This document shows positions 51,206 through 64,000 of a DNA stretch of 64,000 nt, one piece after another. How positions within the stretch are numbered: the stretch's first letter is position 1; each line of letters starts with the position of its first letter. A model generated the notes under the pieces. That model worked only from the letters and a program-made list of their open reading frames with translations. It did no database searches and had not been told where the DNA came from. The translations under genes were made by a program, and so were the position numbers. The stretch lies in contig NW_004797504.1 of the NCBI RefSeq assembly GCF_000002075.1, forward strand, positions 409,937 through 473,936, in the 5' to 3' direction. The stretch is from Aplysia californica. Lineage: Eukaryota.

Positions 51206-54200
51206 TCCTGAACCTGTTTGTTTCGTGACTTTTAACAAACTTGAAAAATATTGTCTAAACAGAATAATTGGTATTGTGTTTACTTTTTGTCTCAAACATT
51301 AAACTTATATCTGTGTCAAATCTTACGTTGATGTACTAATAATGTTAGTTTCTATTTTCTTTTCACCACCCTCCGCTCCCGCACATACACACACTTTACA
51401 CAGACACATAAACACATGCACATATACACTCATATACGTACATACACACACATACGCACATACACTAACACAGCACACACTCATACACAAACACCCANNN
51501 NNNNNNNNNNNNNNNNNNNNNNNNNNNNNNNNNNNNNNNNNNNNNNNNNNNNNNNNNNNNNNNNNNNNNNNNNNNNNNNNNNNNNNNNNNNNNNNNNNNN
51601 NNNNNNNNNNNNNNNNNNNNNNNNNNNNNNNNNNNNNNNTACGCACTCGCACACAATCACTAACACNNNNNNNNNNNNNNNNNNNNNNNNNNNNNNNNNN
51701 NNNNNNNNNNNNNNNNNNNNNNNNNNNNNNNNNNNNNNNNNNNNNNNNNNNNNNNNNNNNNNNNNNNNNNNNNNNNNNNNNNNNNNNNNNNNNNNNNNNN
51801 NNNNNNNNNNNNNNNNNNNNNNNNNNNNNNNGACACCTTGTCGGAGTACACTTGTACAGACCTCGTCTTCCCTGTAACAGGTGATTGGTGGCTTCTCTGG
51901 TGTGATATTATGAGTTCTTTCTAAACTTTTTCTATTCGTAAGTATGCAGAAACTGCTTCACACCACACAATGTTCCTTGGGGCATTTTGTTACAACTAAG
52001 TATAGCATGGTGTTTCATGCAACTATGCCATGGAGGCAAAAAGTATTGCAGTATTCTTGCCTATGGTTGTTTTCTGACTGGTACTGCAATTTGTTAACCA
52101 TTTGGCACAGTGAAGATCATGAACCTGAAAGACATACGGATTCCTTGTAGACGCAATAGCGACTGATGTTGCCATGTCTTGTTTCCCGAGTGGCCAAGGG
52201 CCAAGGTCGTGAGTTGTGAGCTTTGACTCAAGAAAAATCTCATTTTTAATGTAGATGTAGGTGTTTTTACATTTTTTACACCCTTTTCTGCACAATCTAG
52301 ATTATTAAAAAATAGGTGAGCTTTGACGCTGCATTAAACAGGTCCAATTCCGGCTAGGGAGGTACTACTTCCCAGCAGAAATACGGAGATAAAGGATACA
52401 AATTCACCCCACTCAGTAATCGAATTAAGTATTAAGGTCTGCCAATTGCGACGGCGAAAGACCTAATCACCGCACCACACAATAATATTCCGATAGAAAT
52501 AATCTCAATACATGATAATAACGTCCATGTGGTAATTCAGAGCAGATGTGTGGTTTGTAACCACAATAAATACTAATAATCATGCTTACGTAAATATAGG
52601 TATAGTCATTCTGTGCTTTTTAAATAGAATTGTGTGTTGTTTTGTCACACCCTGGTATATTATTACTGTGTATAGCTTACTGCCCGTTCTATTTTCAGGT
52701 CTTCTTGTTTAGTTTACAGTTTCATTTCTGTGCATTGTTTTTGTTCTTACCTTCGGCTCCAAGGACTGGGTCAGGTTATAATTAATACCCAGGTAAAATA
52801 TTCTAGTACATGAATTGCAGCTTAAATCTCTTGTCCACGCAATAAATATGTAATAAAAATTCTTTGATGCAGCATTTATATGTGGGTGGTTGGCGGTAGA
52901 TGCCGTGTGGTTTGTTTTTCTTTTCCTTTATATCAAACACCTATCGTCATTGTCCGTCGACATTCTTTTTTCGTAAGTTACCCTCTATTTTCACCTCTAA
53001 TTGTCAGCACTAAGATGACCTAATTGTGAAACTCTTGTCGTAAAAATGTCATTAAAAGTAAACTAAAAAAGCAACCATTCGGAGGTTTAAATTCCAACAG
53101 AAGGTAATTGCCAAAATGTTTGGCTTTAGAACGAAAAGAAATCGAAACGGTCAGTAATATTCGACTTTTCTTTAATTTGCTGTCATTGACGTCGAACGTA
53201 CTAATTGTTGGAGTGTAGTTAACTAGGGAGGGGTTAGTGTTACTGATCAATTAAGGCTATAAACTGTTTTACTAGGGTTTGTAAATTATGCAATGTGTAT
53301 TTTTAAACAAAATTCGTTCATGCATTTGTCTATGATTTTTTGTGTGTAAATGTGTTTGGTTTTTATTTACTTGGTTATATACTGATTTATTAATTAAATA
53401 ATTGATTACGTTAATATATCATGTGTGCATTTTTATTTATTCATGTGTTTACTAATTTATTGTTCACTTGCTTGTTTGTTTGTTTGTTTGTTTTGGTTTC
53501 CCTCTATCAAGAGTTAATGAAACATTAACGAAATTAAGGACTACTTCGACCAACATTAAAAATGTCAAGTCTTCTCCCAGTCAGTGGATGGTTGGCGGGT
53601 GCTCTGGTTTGGTCTGCTTTTGCTTCCCTATGAAACATATGTCTCCTTTATCTCCCCTCCTTCTTTTTTGTGTTTGTTATTCTCTTGTAAAACCTCTAAT
53701 CTTCGGCATTTATAAGACCTTACTGTGTTGCAAGTGTCGAAAAACTCTTACAAAAAATAAACTTTCCCAGACAGGTGAACATCACCTTTTGTTGTGAAAA
53801 GAAGAAGAAGAAGAAGAAGAAGAAGAAGAAGAAGAAGAAGAAGAAGAAGAATGCATGTTAGTGCACAGTATAGTATGTGCCCACATGGACACACATTAGA
53901 TTAAACAGAAGGCGGGTCACTTTAAGCATGGATGCTGGAAATTCAAAGCATCGCAACAGGCCGATATATTTGATTAAATTATATCTTCTCCGGTTCAGAT
54001 ATGAAGTCTGGTCATCAGTGCATAAGGGTGAAGGGTTTATCCATTACCCAACGGCAGTGACATCTTGACCTGTAAAAGCAAAAGGATCCAAGTAACAGCC
54101 CCCACCTCCCACCACCCCTCTCCCTTTACCCTTTTTTGTTGCTGAACCCCATCCCTAATCTTAATATAGTTTACAGTTTCATAATAGCAAGCATGCTGGA

Positions 54201-54457
54201 ACAAACTGTCGAAAACAGTTCCGAATTCATCCTCATAGCACACTGAACAAACTATTGTGTGTAAGTATCATGTGACAGAACAAATAAAAGTACATATACT
54301 TTAGAAAACAACGTTCATTTGTCTGGAAGTCAACATCTGTGGTAAGAATATTGCTATTGTCAAATACTGAGTCCTCTGTCCTGTTGTGAAAAGCCTTCAG
54401 TCGAGAATTTAATAAACTTCAGCACTGAGAAAAATAATATGTATAAAGAGTGAAAAA

Positions 54458-54686
54458 AATGGTGAAATGATATGGGTTTAACGCCCCTATCAATATTATT
54501 AGGCTATTTAAGAGGCGGGGCCTCCGAGTTTAACGTCCATCTCCGAAATGACAGAGCCAAATAGGAATTTCGTATAAAGTGCCTTTTCCAAGGACACAAC
54601 GTCGTACCGAGCTGAGGCTCGAATCCCCGAACCCGTAACCTCCCGATTACGACTCCGGTAGCCTAACCACCAGACCACAGCCGCCA
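54458..54686 (-). mobile_element. tRNA-derived SINE
   Basis: tggtctggtggttagg...gattcgagcc...gttgtgtccttggaaaaggcac...gacgttaaac; similar to 11755-11925. Confidence 0.7.
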
Positions 54687-56063
54687 AAGAGTGGCGAAGA
54701 AACCCCAACGTTCACCTAGCCCAAGTTGACGGTCACAGGGTCGGGGCAAGATCTACCACTGCTGAACATCTAATAATGTTTAGTTAAAGTGTGTGGACTT
54801 TGGTATGTTATAGTAGGCCAAGACGGTGCTACAGACACAGTAATGGCCGTTCTGGTGGAATTTGGAAGCAAGTTTCTGGGATCAATAATCAAATTTTAAA
54901 CATTAAAGCCAAGGGCCTGAAAAGAAGATTATATAATAAATTCTGTCTTTTGATACTGAGGTGAAATAAAAGGAGAAGAAAACAATTTTACTTATCAAAC
55001 ATTTTTTCTACACATTTCACTCATTCTATTTTTTACACAATCATAATCTACTTCTTATTCACCCTTTATCAAACTATTCCTTCAATATTGCGTTCGAATT
55101 ATAATAGCTCTTCCATTTTCATTGACGTCCATTTTCAAGAGAAGAGAATGGTGCAACTGTAGCATTACGAAAATCAGTAAAAGTGTTGACAAAATTGCAT
55201 CCAAATGCCACCAGAATGTCCTCATGAGAACCCTGGAAGAAAAAATATGTATTGTGCAGGATTATTAATATTATTATCATCATCATTATTAGTATTACTA
55301 TCGTTATCTTGTTTGCGTCAGTGTGTCAGACAATTCATTCCTCCAGCTTGACCCAAACAGAACTATGTCAATGAGAAAAGATACACAACAGAAAGTGATC
55401 TTGACATGACCGGTAGAAGCCATGACATTTTTTCTTATCGTTTTAATGTTGGTAGAAGCAGTCCTTAATTTCAGTAACGCGTTCTTAAACTCTCGATATA
55501 AGGGAATCAAAACAAACAAACAAACAAACAAACAAGCAAACAAACAAATAAACAAACAAATAATAAACGTGAATAAATAGAAATGCATACATAATAGAAT
55601 ATTATAACCAATTGTTTAATCAACAAATCAATATATAATTAAGTAAAAAGCAAACACATTTACACATAGAAAAATCATAGACAAAGGCATGAACTAATAA
55701 AGTTTTTAAAAAACCCTATACATTTACGAGCCTTAGTTAATTAGTTTATAGTCTTAATAAATCAGTTGCACTAACCCTCCCCCCGCCCCCCAGCTAACTA
55801 CATTTGAACAATTAGTACGTTCAATATCAATAACAGCAAATTAATGAAAAGTCGATATTACAAACAGCTTAGATTGATTTTCGTTCTAAAGCCATACAAT
55901 TTAGCAACTGTGTTCTGTTGGTATTTGAACCTTTTAATGGTTGCTTTTTAGTTTAGTTTCAGTAAGAGTTTGACGACTCTCGTTTCACAATTAGGTCATC
56001 TATGTGCTAACAATTAATGGTGAAAATAGAGGGTAACTTACGAATAAAGAACGCGGACAGACA

Positions 56064-56880
56064 AATAAATGATAATGACAATGACAATCTTTATTCATCT
56101 CCCAGGAAGAAATATGTCTTAGTCTTTAACAATAGCAGTAGACGTTACTAAAGTTGGACCTAAAGGTGTACTCACGCAAAAGCACAACAAGACAGGACAT
56201 TAGCCCTTGTAAATAGGCCACATGTCTCACGTGCTGGNNNNNNNNNNNNNNNNNNNNNNNNNNNNNNNNNNNNNNNNNNNNNNNNNNNNNNNNNNNNNNN
56301 NNNNNNNNNNNNNNNNNNNNNNNNNNNNNNNNNNNNNNNNNNNNNNNNNNNNNNNNNNNNNNNNNNTTCATAAGTAGCACTGTGTGTTCAGTGACCTCAC
56401 TGCAGTTGGTACGAATGAATTTCTATATCTGTCTGTTCTTGCTTTTTTGGAACTGTATCGTTTACTACGGGTCGATAGTTGAAATTCCAATGTCAGTGGG
56501 CGGCTATGGTCACTAAGCATTATTTCTGCCTTTTTTACAACGTTTGTCTTGTGCAGATATTCAAAGTTACTTATGTCTCTACCAATTGTTCTTGATGCCT
56601 TTCTTATCAACTTGTTTCTTTTTATAATGTGCTGCCTTCTCAAATTGCTACCCTAGCAAGTGATACAAAAATGTATCAAAGTTTCTATGGTGATGGTGTA
56701 GAATATCTGAAAGATGGATGGATTCTGATTGAAAGACCTACATTTCCTCAGAAAGTATAGCCTCTGATTTACCTTCTCAACGATATTGTTTACGTGGTTT
56801 TGCCATTTAAATCTGTTGTCGATTGTAAGACCAAGATATTTGTATGAATCCGTGATTTCAATTGTTTCTTGTTCAGTTAC
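56064..56880 (-). mobile_element. 5'-truncated Rex1/Babar-like LINE
   Basis: YKYLGLTIDNRFKW...NQRLYFLRK...*...ARTDRYRNSFVPTAVRSLN, with an aataaa + (ttgtca)n tail. It interrupts the right arm of the inverted duplication. Confidence 0.85.
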
Positions 56881-58113
56881 GAGTAGATAAGAAGGAAATA
56901 AAATAAAACCACACCACATCTCCCGCCAACCACCTACCTAATGTTTCATCTAAGGATATATACAAACTATTTAAAGCGCTGACATTAGAGATAATATAAG
57001 CTGCAATTCGTGTACTAGAATATTATTTTATCTTGGCATTTATAACCTGACATAAGGTCACTTGGTCCCTGGAGGCGATGGCAAGTATAAATACGATGTA
57101 TTTGCAAGGGTACAAAAATGAAATTGCAAAATAATCAAGCACACAGTGAACAGCTGAAGATAGAACAGACAGTAACCTGTACACAGTAATTTGCCACGCT
57201 TTGACATAAGAACTCGCAATATCCAAAAAGAACAAAAAGGCTATAATATATTAACGCACCAATTATTATAATTATTATGGTTACAACATGGCACCTCCTA
57301 GTTATGTAACTACTAATTGGTCTAAAATGTCCTGGTTTGAACTACATGGACGTTATTATCATTTATTGAGATTTATTTCCGTCGGTAAATTATTGTTATG
57401 ATTAGGTTAGGTCGCTTTTAAAGACAAGTGGGCTATCTCGAAAAATGCTGTTTTGAGAAAATCGAACGTAAAGTTGTTGCCCCTTGTTCAACTTCATTAA
57501 AAAACAAGGAGAGTTTTCTCTATAACTAAACAAATATTCACACCAACGAAATCAAACTTCTTCTATAGGTAAGACAATGCCCACTTTTGGTGTAAGTACA
57601 GATTTCTGGAACCCCCCGAAATTTGGGTTAGCCCGCTTGTCATTAAAAGCGACCAATTGGATTCCCGAGTGGGGTGAACTTTTATCGAATATCTCNNNNN
57701 NNNNNNNNNNNNNNNNNNNNNNNNNNNNNNNNNNNNNNNNNNNNNNNNNNNNNNNNNNNNNNNNNNNNNNNNNNNNNNNNNNNNNNNNNNNNNNNNNNNN
57801 NNNNNNNNNNNNNNNNNNNNNNNNNNNNNNNNNNNNNNNNNNNNNNNNNNNNNNNNNNNNNNNNNNNNNNNNNNNNATTTGTGTTTATGAGTGTTTTTGT
57901 GTACCTGTGTATAATATTATGTATGTTTTTGTGTCAATGTGTATATGTGAGTTTGTGTGTTTGTGTGTGAGTGTTTGTGTGAGGGTACGTGTGTGTGCAT
58001 GTGTTTGTGTATGTATGTATGTATGTGTTTTTAAGTATGTGCCTAGTAGATGCTGTCAAATAACTATGGTTAAATGGGGAAGAACTAACAGGTCAGTGTT
58101 CATTACCTTCTTT

Positions 58114-61100
58114 TCATTTAAACGTCTGTGACGTTGCTTCAAACATCAATACATCCGTTACATTAGGGTCCTGTGTGAGAGGTATTCCATACGCGGACAG
58201 AACATCTTTCAGTCTTTCCCTGACATCAGAATCAAGATCGAAGGGAACATTGATGACCCAGCCTATTCTCGTTTTTTTGGCTTCATTTAAGTGATGAATA
58301 TGCATCTGCAGATGGGATTCCAAATCTGTGAAGTCTGAGCCATAAAAGTCAGAATAAAAGGCTAGACCCAAACTTACTGGGAAATAATGTATTGTCGAGA
58401 GTAAGGAGGCATTTTGGACGTGACTTTCTGCGGGGACACCAGCGTCCTTGACACCTGAAGATCCAAAAGACATGAAGGTTTTCGTTCTGTGGTTGATGAC
58501 ATGCCGTATGTTCTCCTTGACCCTGCGCAAAGGCACATAATGAACGCATAATCGGCCTTGGCGTATGAGTCTGTTCCACGCGACCTCGTCATCGAACAGT
58601 TCTTCCATGTCCTTGAGCGTCAGCTCGTGGACGTTTTGAAAAGTTGAAGGGTCCGCTTTTGGAACATCGCTTTTAACGAGAATCGTATAGTACAATTTCT
58701 GGAGGGATGTAAAGCAAACAATGATAAATAATTGTAATTGAAACCTTTATTAATAATCAGTCTTACAGAGTTAGTAAGTAACAAAGTGGCTGCATTTACA
58801 CTCGCATGGCTTTTTACTACAGTTATACCTCTATCAGAAACAAGGATATTCTTTCTGTTTTTGATCAAGCCATTTTTTTCTATATAACTTCAATGCGATT
58901 TTTAAAAAAATCTTTACTAATACGTAAATGAGCACTATATCATCTCATAATGCAGGGTAAAAAGATTGTTTATTATACAGAGCAAAGAAACAAAATATAA
59001 TTAGAATTTGAAATATTGGTTTCTGTCAGTCTGGCAACAGGACTGTTTCCATTATGAAAAACCAAAGAGCTGCAAAATCTGTGGATTTTTACAAACTGGC
59101 ATTTCTCAAAATTACAACACAATGTGTTTGCAGTCAACAGTGACACGGCACAATTTTTTTAGAAAAATAGACCTCAACGGAGAGTAAAGTATAATATTAC
59201 TGATTAAAAAAGTTCTTACCATGTGCACAATCTGCTCCAATCCTTTCTTCTGAGCGTATCCCTTACTGATTCTCTCGGCAGTCTGTTTCGAACACGCCAT
59301 CACCTCGCGTTTTGCTGTACTTAGTTTTGCCGCTTCTGTGTCGATGGCATCACTCAACTTGGTAAAAATACCTTGACCTTTATACTCGTCCTTGATCCTT
59401 CCTGCTCTTTTATGTAGCGTTTGTTTGTTGTCCACGAGTTCTCCCACGTAGAATCCGATCTAAAATACGTGGTGACATAGAACAATATTGTACTAAATGA
59501 TTTAAGACATGGATGATTTCAGATACGTTTTATTATACACAGACTTGATAACAGAACAAGACAGACGTTTTTACCACTCAACTCACGTTACAGGAAGAGG
59601 AAATTGACCTCTGGACAATCCAAGGGGAATGTATTATCAATCAACATAAACTATTGATTGTTTCCCTTAATACATTCATATAGATTCATTACAATTATTA
59701 CTTTTTTAAAAAGGTTGTCTGTAACAATAATAATATAGTCAGCTTATTGTCTTTGCACTTAGTATTTCCATTAATGCACCTATTTGCTCGGGTAAACATA
59801 AGGTGTAACCTGCAATGTCTTTGCACATCCCAACGAATATACGCCATTATTTCCTGTCCTGTAAGACAATAATGCAACCCCATGTTTACCCCCCCCCTTT
59901 CCCCCCACGGATATTGCTTGCAAGGCTAACTTGTTTGCAATATTAAAATGAAGGGTGGTAGTATGAGGTGTGGATAACTTTTTACAAATATATAAATGCA
60001 TACAAATAAAGTATAAGACCGTTATATTTTAATAAGCTTGTTGTTCGCACTTTGCGCCTCCTATATTGTTTGTAGAATGTTCGAGGCTTCCTTTATTTTC
60101 CGGTCTTGGTATTCCCCAGAAGTGAGGAAGCCGGTCGTCACCTCAGACCTACCCCTGTAAAGTTGAGAGGGAGAGAACTCTTCTCTTTTGTAACGCAACG
60201 CATAACTGCATGACGACGTTTTATGGTACTGTACAGCAATGATAAAATTACCTCAGGGCAATAAAGTTATAATATCTTATCTTATCTTATGTTATATTGA
60301 CTCTTTACAGTATTGTTTATGCTACTTACAACAAATAATACTTAGCAGACCGTAGAAACTAAGGAACGTAATCGGCTTCCCGAGAAATATAAATTGGAAC
60401 ACGCCGACTAAGTCTTCTATTACGCTGACCTACTGACATTATCTTTCGCTGTCTATAACCGGGTACCTATTCGCTCTAGGGTGAAATGATGAATTTTCAT
60501 GTAGAGTAAATTTCCCATTGACACAACGTTAATCCAGAACGATGTTACCCGTAGGCCCTGAGTTTGACTTCTCCGTCCTTGATCACCATTTCACCCCCCC
60601 CCTCTCCACCCCCACCACGAAAAAAAGCGTGTCACAAAAACAAATGTAACGCCAAATGAATAGCTATAACGTTCTACCTTTACGTTTCAACTCTGCAAAA
60701 GCAGCGCCGCGATGGACACAAATTTCAAGCAGAGAGACTTAAAATCATTGAGATTCTCTATCTTTTGGGAATCAAAGTCTGGTCTTTTGAGTGTGACGAC
60801 AAAGAAGAAATCGTTACATAATAGACGTTGATATCTTAAGGTGAAAATGTAAAGGATTGACGTAGCACCCCCCCCCCCCTTCTTTTCACTCAACCCCTTT
60901 CCCTGGGTGCTGACTTACCTAAACAGACAAAAACATTGACTAGTGCACATCGAATAATTGAAATATATTTCACGATAGATCAATCATAGATAACGTGTTT
61001 GAATGAGCTCTTATTGTGCATGTTTTTGTTCGTTTTATTCCATGATCTTTTTGTTAAAAAGAAATCATTTAAAAAATTTAAAAACAGTAAGAAGGAACAT

Positions 61101-61287
61101 CTCAAATTCACGAACTGACCACTTCTCCGTCAGCCTCTGCCACAAAGGAGAGAAAGTCTGGGTCTTGAACAAACTCTGAATACTTTGCAGGTAAGTGGTC
61201 CCTGCCCCAGTAAACATCCCCAATTCCATCCACTACGGCGGAGTAATCTGACATACGTGCCGGCCGGATCACCACTTCGGACGTCAT
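58114..61287 (-). CDS. NAT16/HISAT-like GNAT, paralog g5 (330 aa)
   Basis: Exons 61287-61120 (MTSEVVIRPARMSDYSAVVDGIGDVYWGRDHLPAKY...DGEV|gtcagt), 59459-59220 (ttttag|IGFYVGELVDNKQTLHKRAGRIKDEYKGQGIF...VHM|gtaag) and 58698-58114 (ccag|KLYY...TGA). A small deletion shifts only the last few codons. Confidence 0.9.
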
Positions 61288-61993
61288 ATTGCTGAAAAAT
61301 GTAAGAATTGATGAGTTTGCGTCTAAAAAGAGAACCAAAAAATGTGGGTTAAAATAGAAGAAACAATAAATACCTTAAAAAAAAAAGAAAAATTAAAAAT
61401 GGAGAAAAAAACTCTAAACAACAAAAAATGACTTCTACCAATCAGTTACAAAGAAAACATGTGCTACTTAAATGTCCATCTCTGCAAATTCTCTAATAAA
61501 AAAAATATATTTGAAATAGTCGTTTCAGATTAGATCTAGTAAATCTACTAAATAGTAGACGTAGACAACATTTCTTACACTATCTCTAGCGAAGAAAAAC
61601 ATGAATGGGTTTGATTGCAACGATGTGTAGCTTGATATTTGTTTCGTTTAGACAAAAGTATGCCCAACTATCGCATAAGACCATGCTAATTGTTTCTGTA
61701 AGACTAACCAAGAGTTCACCTTTTCCTCCGGTTACTTAAAGATGGATGTAGCCAGGAACTTGTATTTTCACAATCTTACAAAAATATATGGTTTTCCAGT
61801 ACAATGGTTAGACATAGCATCACGTTAGCAACAGTAAACGGACTTTTCTTTAGCGACTGTTCTGTCGAGGAAACCCACTATAGAGGAAACTACAATATTA
61901 TTTACGCAGTTGCTTTGGCAATTTCTAGTACTTCCTAAAATCAGCCCGGTCCAAATGAACCGCTGGGTAGAGAACGTAGAGCACAATATAGTG

Positions 61994-62287
61994 ATGACGC
62001 TCCATTATCATCAAACAAGAGTACGCCAACACATCCCAGTTCTTAGTAATGCCCGAAACTCATCATCTTCTGTACAACGATCAAATTCAAGTAAAAATGT
62101 ATATAAAGCGTTGTACAGTCACTGTCACTTATTATACAGTTATGACGCTCCACTATAATCAAACAAAAGTACGCCAACACAACCCAGTTCTAAGTAACGC
62201 CCGAAACTCATCATCTTCTGTACAGTGATCAAATTCTTTCAAGTAAAAACTTATATAAAAGTTGTTCAGTCGCTGTCACTTATTATA
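61994..62287. repeat. Diverged ~148-bp tandem duplication in the g5 5'-UTR intron
   Basis: atgacgctcca...ctgtcacttattata starts at 61994 and 62142; the g3 homolog (~35460-35600) has a single copy. Confidence 0.85.
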
Positions 62288-62348
62288 AAGATCTAGCTGT
62301 TTCTGTCCGTATTATGTACCTGATAATTGTATGGAAACAATTACTTAC

Positions 62349-62425
62349 CTTCTCACATGTGCAATCGTCAGCTCTTTAACTTCGTCTGCTGTGTGCACAG
62401 GAGAACAGCACGAGCTGACAAATAA
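62349..62425 (-). other. Putative 5' non-coding exon of g5 (start approximate)
   Basis: Minus strand reads ...gctgttctcctgtgcacac...ctgacgattgcacatgtgagaag|gtaagt, closely similar to the g3 upstream exon. Confidence 0.6.
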
Positions 62426-64000
62426 GAACTGTTGGTTTTTATTAAAACGTCCAAGGCTCGGAGTCGGTCGTGGTATGTTTTTTGTACTTTGACACTCAGG
62501 TCACGTTATGCCTGCAGCATTATCAACACCAGGGCCAAAATAGGTAATGAAACGTTTATAAAAATATAAATGTTACTTGTTATCTCTTGATCTATCATGG
62601 TCAAAAGGTACGGTGTTCGTCTCTCAGTTGAAAGGTCCAGGGGTCGAAACCTGCCAGCTATTGAAACATTTTCTTCTCTTTAATTATCTCCTTCTTTCTA
62701 GTTCTTTAGTCCTGTTCTGTTATCTGCCTTTCTTTCCACCATGTTTCCCCTCCGTGCGTACGCCCTGGCCTCCTCTCTACTAATCCTTCTTTCCCCTTAT
62801 CCTGACTTATTCTTACTTCTCCTTATTAGCCACAGCCCTGATCTTAGGGTAGGTAAAATCAAATATATTGAATTCTTGGATAAAGGCACAACATCTCGGA
62901 AGTCCCGTTTGCAAGTTGGGCACGCTAAAGATCCCTTGATGTTTCTAAAATCAATGATGGGGATCGGATGGGCGGGGGTGGGAGAGAGGGTAAGTTATCC
63001 TAAATAAATCAAAATAATAACAGTACTAACAGATGAACATATGTATGCGCGGAAAAGAATGAGAAGGCAAGGTTTCCTGCTACAGTGCTGGAAATCTACA
63101 TCCCTAAAATAGATTTGGCTAGCCTACAGTCGATACAGTGTCGTCCGATCAGATGGATGTATTTCATAGATTTGTTTTGATGTAATACAATATTCCAGTT
63201 TTAAAAGTTTAGCTAAGGGCCTATTACAGTAAAGTGAAATTCTTGGGAAACTTTTGTTTGAGTAGCTGTTTCACGACACCATCGACTCAGTTTTGGTCGT
63301 GCAGGCCCTAAATGCCTATCCTTGGGGAACGAAATTGCCCTTTTCTTCATTCTATTAATAGTAATAGCCATAACAAGTAAGGTTTTCTTTTTCTTTCAGG
63401 AAAATATGACGATGTTTTTTTCCTATTGCTCTAAATTAACTGAGATAACACTAGGCATATGTCAAAGTGACTTCAGGAAAACTCATGAGAACTCTAAACG
63501 AATAAGATAAAAATTTGTCGGGATTGCGTTAGAATTAGGTGATGATCAGTTGGTTTGTTTTTTTGTTTTTTGGGGGTGTTTTTTGTTGTTTTTGTTGTTG
63601 TTGTTTTGGGGTTTTTGGGGGGGTGGGGGGGGGGGTTGGTTGTTTAGTGAGGTTTTTAAATCTTTTTTTTTACAGTCATATGGAGTTACTTGCGTTATCT
63701 TTAAAATTGTATTTGTTTGTTCTTTTGTCTTGCTTTGGATGAAAATGATGATATGTCTGTTGTACAAAGTTCATGTATTTGTGAGTAAGAGAGATAGGGA
63801 GGAGGGGAGGTGAGTGAGGGGGCATCTGATGTCACAGGCACAGATAACGAGTAAATAGCCGCCAGAGTTTGGTGACTTGCAAAGCTTGGGTGTTTTTAAA
63901 AACTGCATATTTATATTTTTGCACGTCTGGTGAACGTGTTTCTGTAAAATCCACACAGAATTGCGTATTAAAATGGACAAGTGCATGTGACACGGAAACA

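Larger units (their letters stand above)
52480..57395. repeat. Inner arms of a large inverted duplication (52480-53562 vs 57395-55441) around a ~1.9-kb spacer
   Basis: For example, cgtaagttaccctctattttcacc (~52972) recurs reverse-complemented at ~56020-56042, and the ccaacattaaaa junctions lie at ~53562 and 55441. Confidence 0.9.

Overview
This is AT-rich, intron-containing animal genomic DNA with many N gaps. It is from an invertebrate, and the repeat content is compatible with a mollusc or other lophotrochozoan, but the species cannot be determined. The main content is a local array of five paralogous GNAT-family genes resembling NAT16 / histidine N-acetyltransferase (HISAT). Each has three phase-0 coding exons (168 nt, 240 nt, ~585-624 nt; ~330-343 aa) and a conserved upstream non-coding exon. 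Their order is g1(+, first coding exon outside the window), g2(-), g3(+), g4(+, one in-frame TAG) and g5(-). The array arose by ~6-10 kb tandem duplications plus an inverted duplication. A 'ghost' sixth unit at ~27.4-34.2 kb keeps promoter, intron and flank homology but shows no coding exons. The rest is transposon debris: a ~435-bp MITE with AWAT target duplications, nested PIF/Harbinger elements, hAT-, Kolobok- and Tc1/mariner-type elements, RTE, Rex1/Babar and RNase H-bearing LINE fragments, SINEs, and tandem repeats. No rRNA, genuine tRNA or CRISPR array was seen. Family assignments rest on motif recognition by eye, not database searches.
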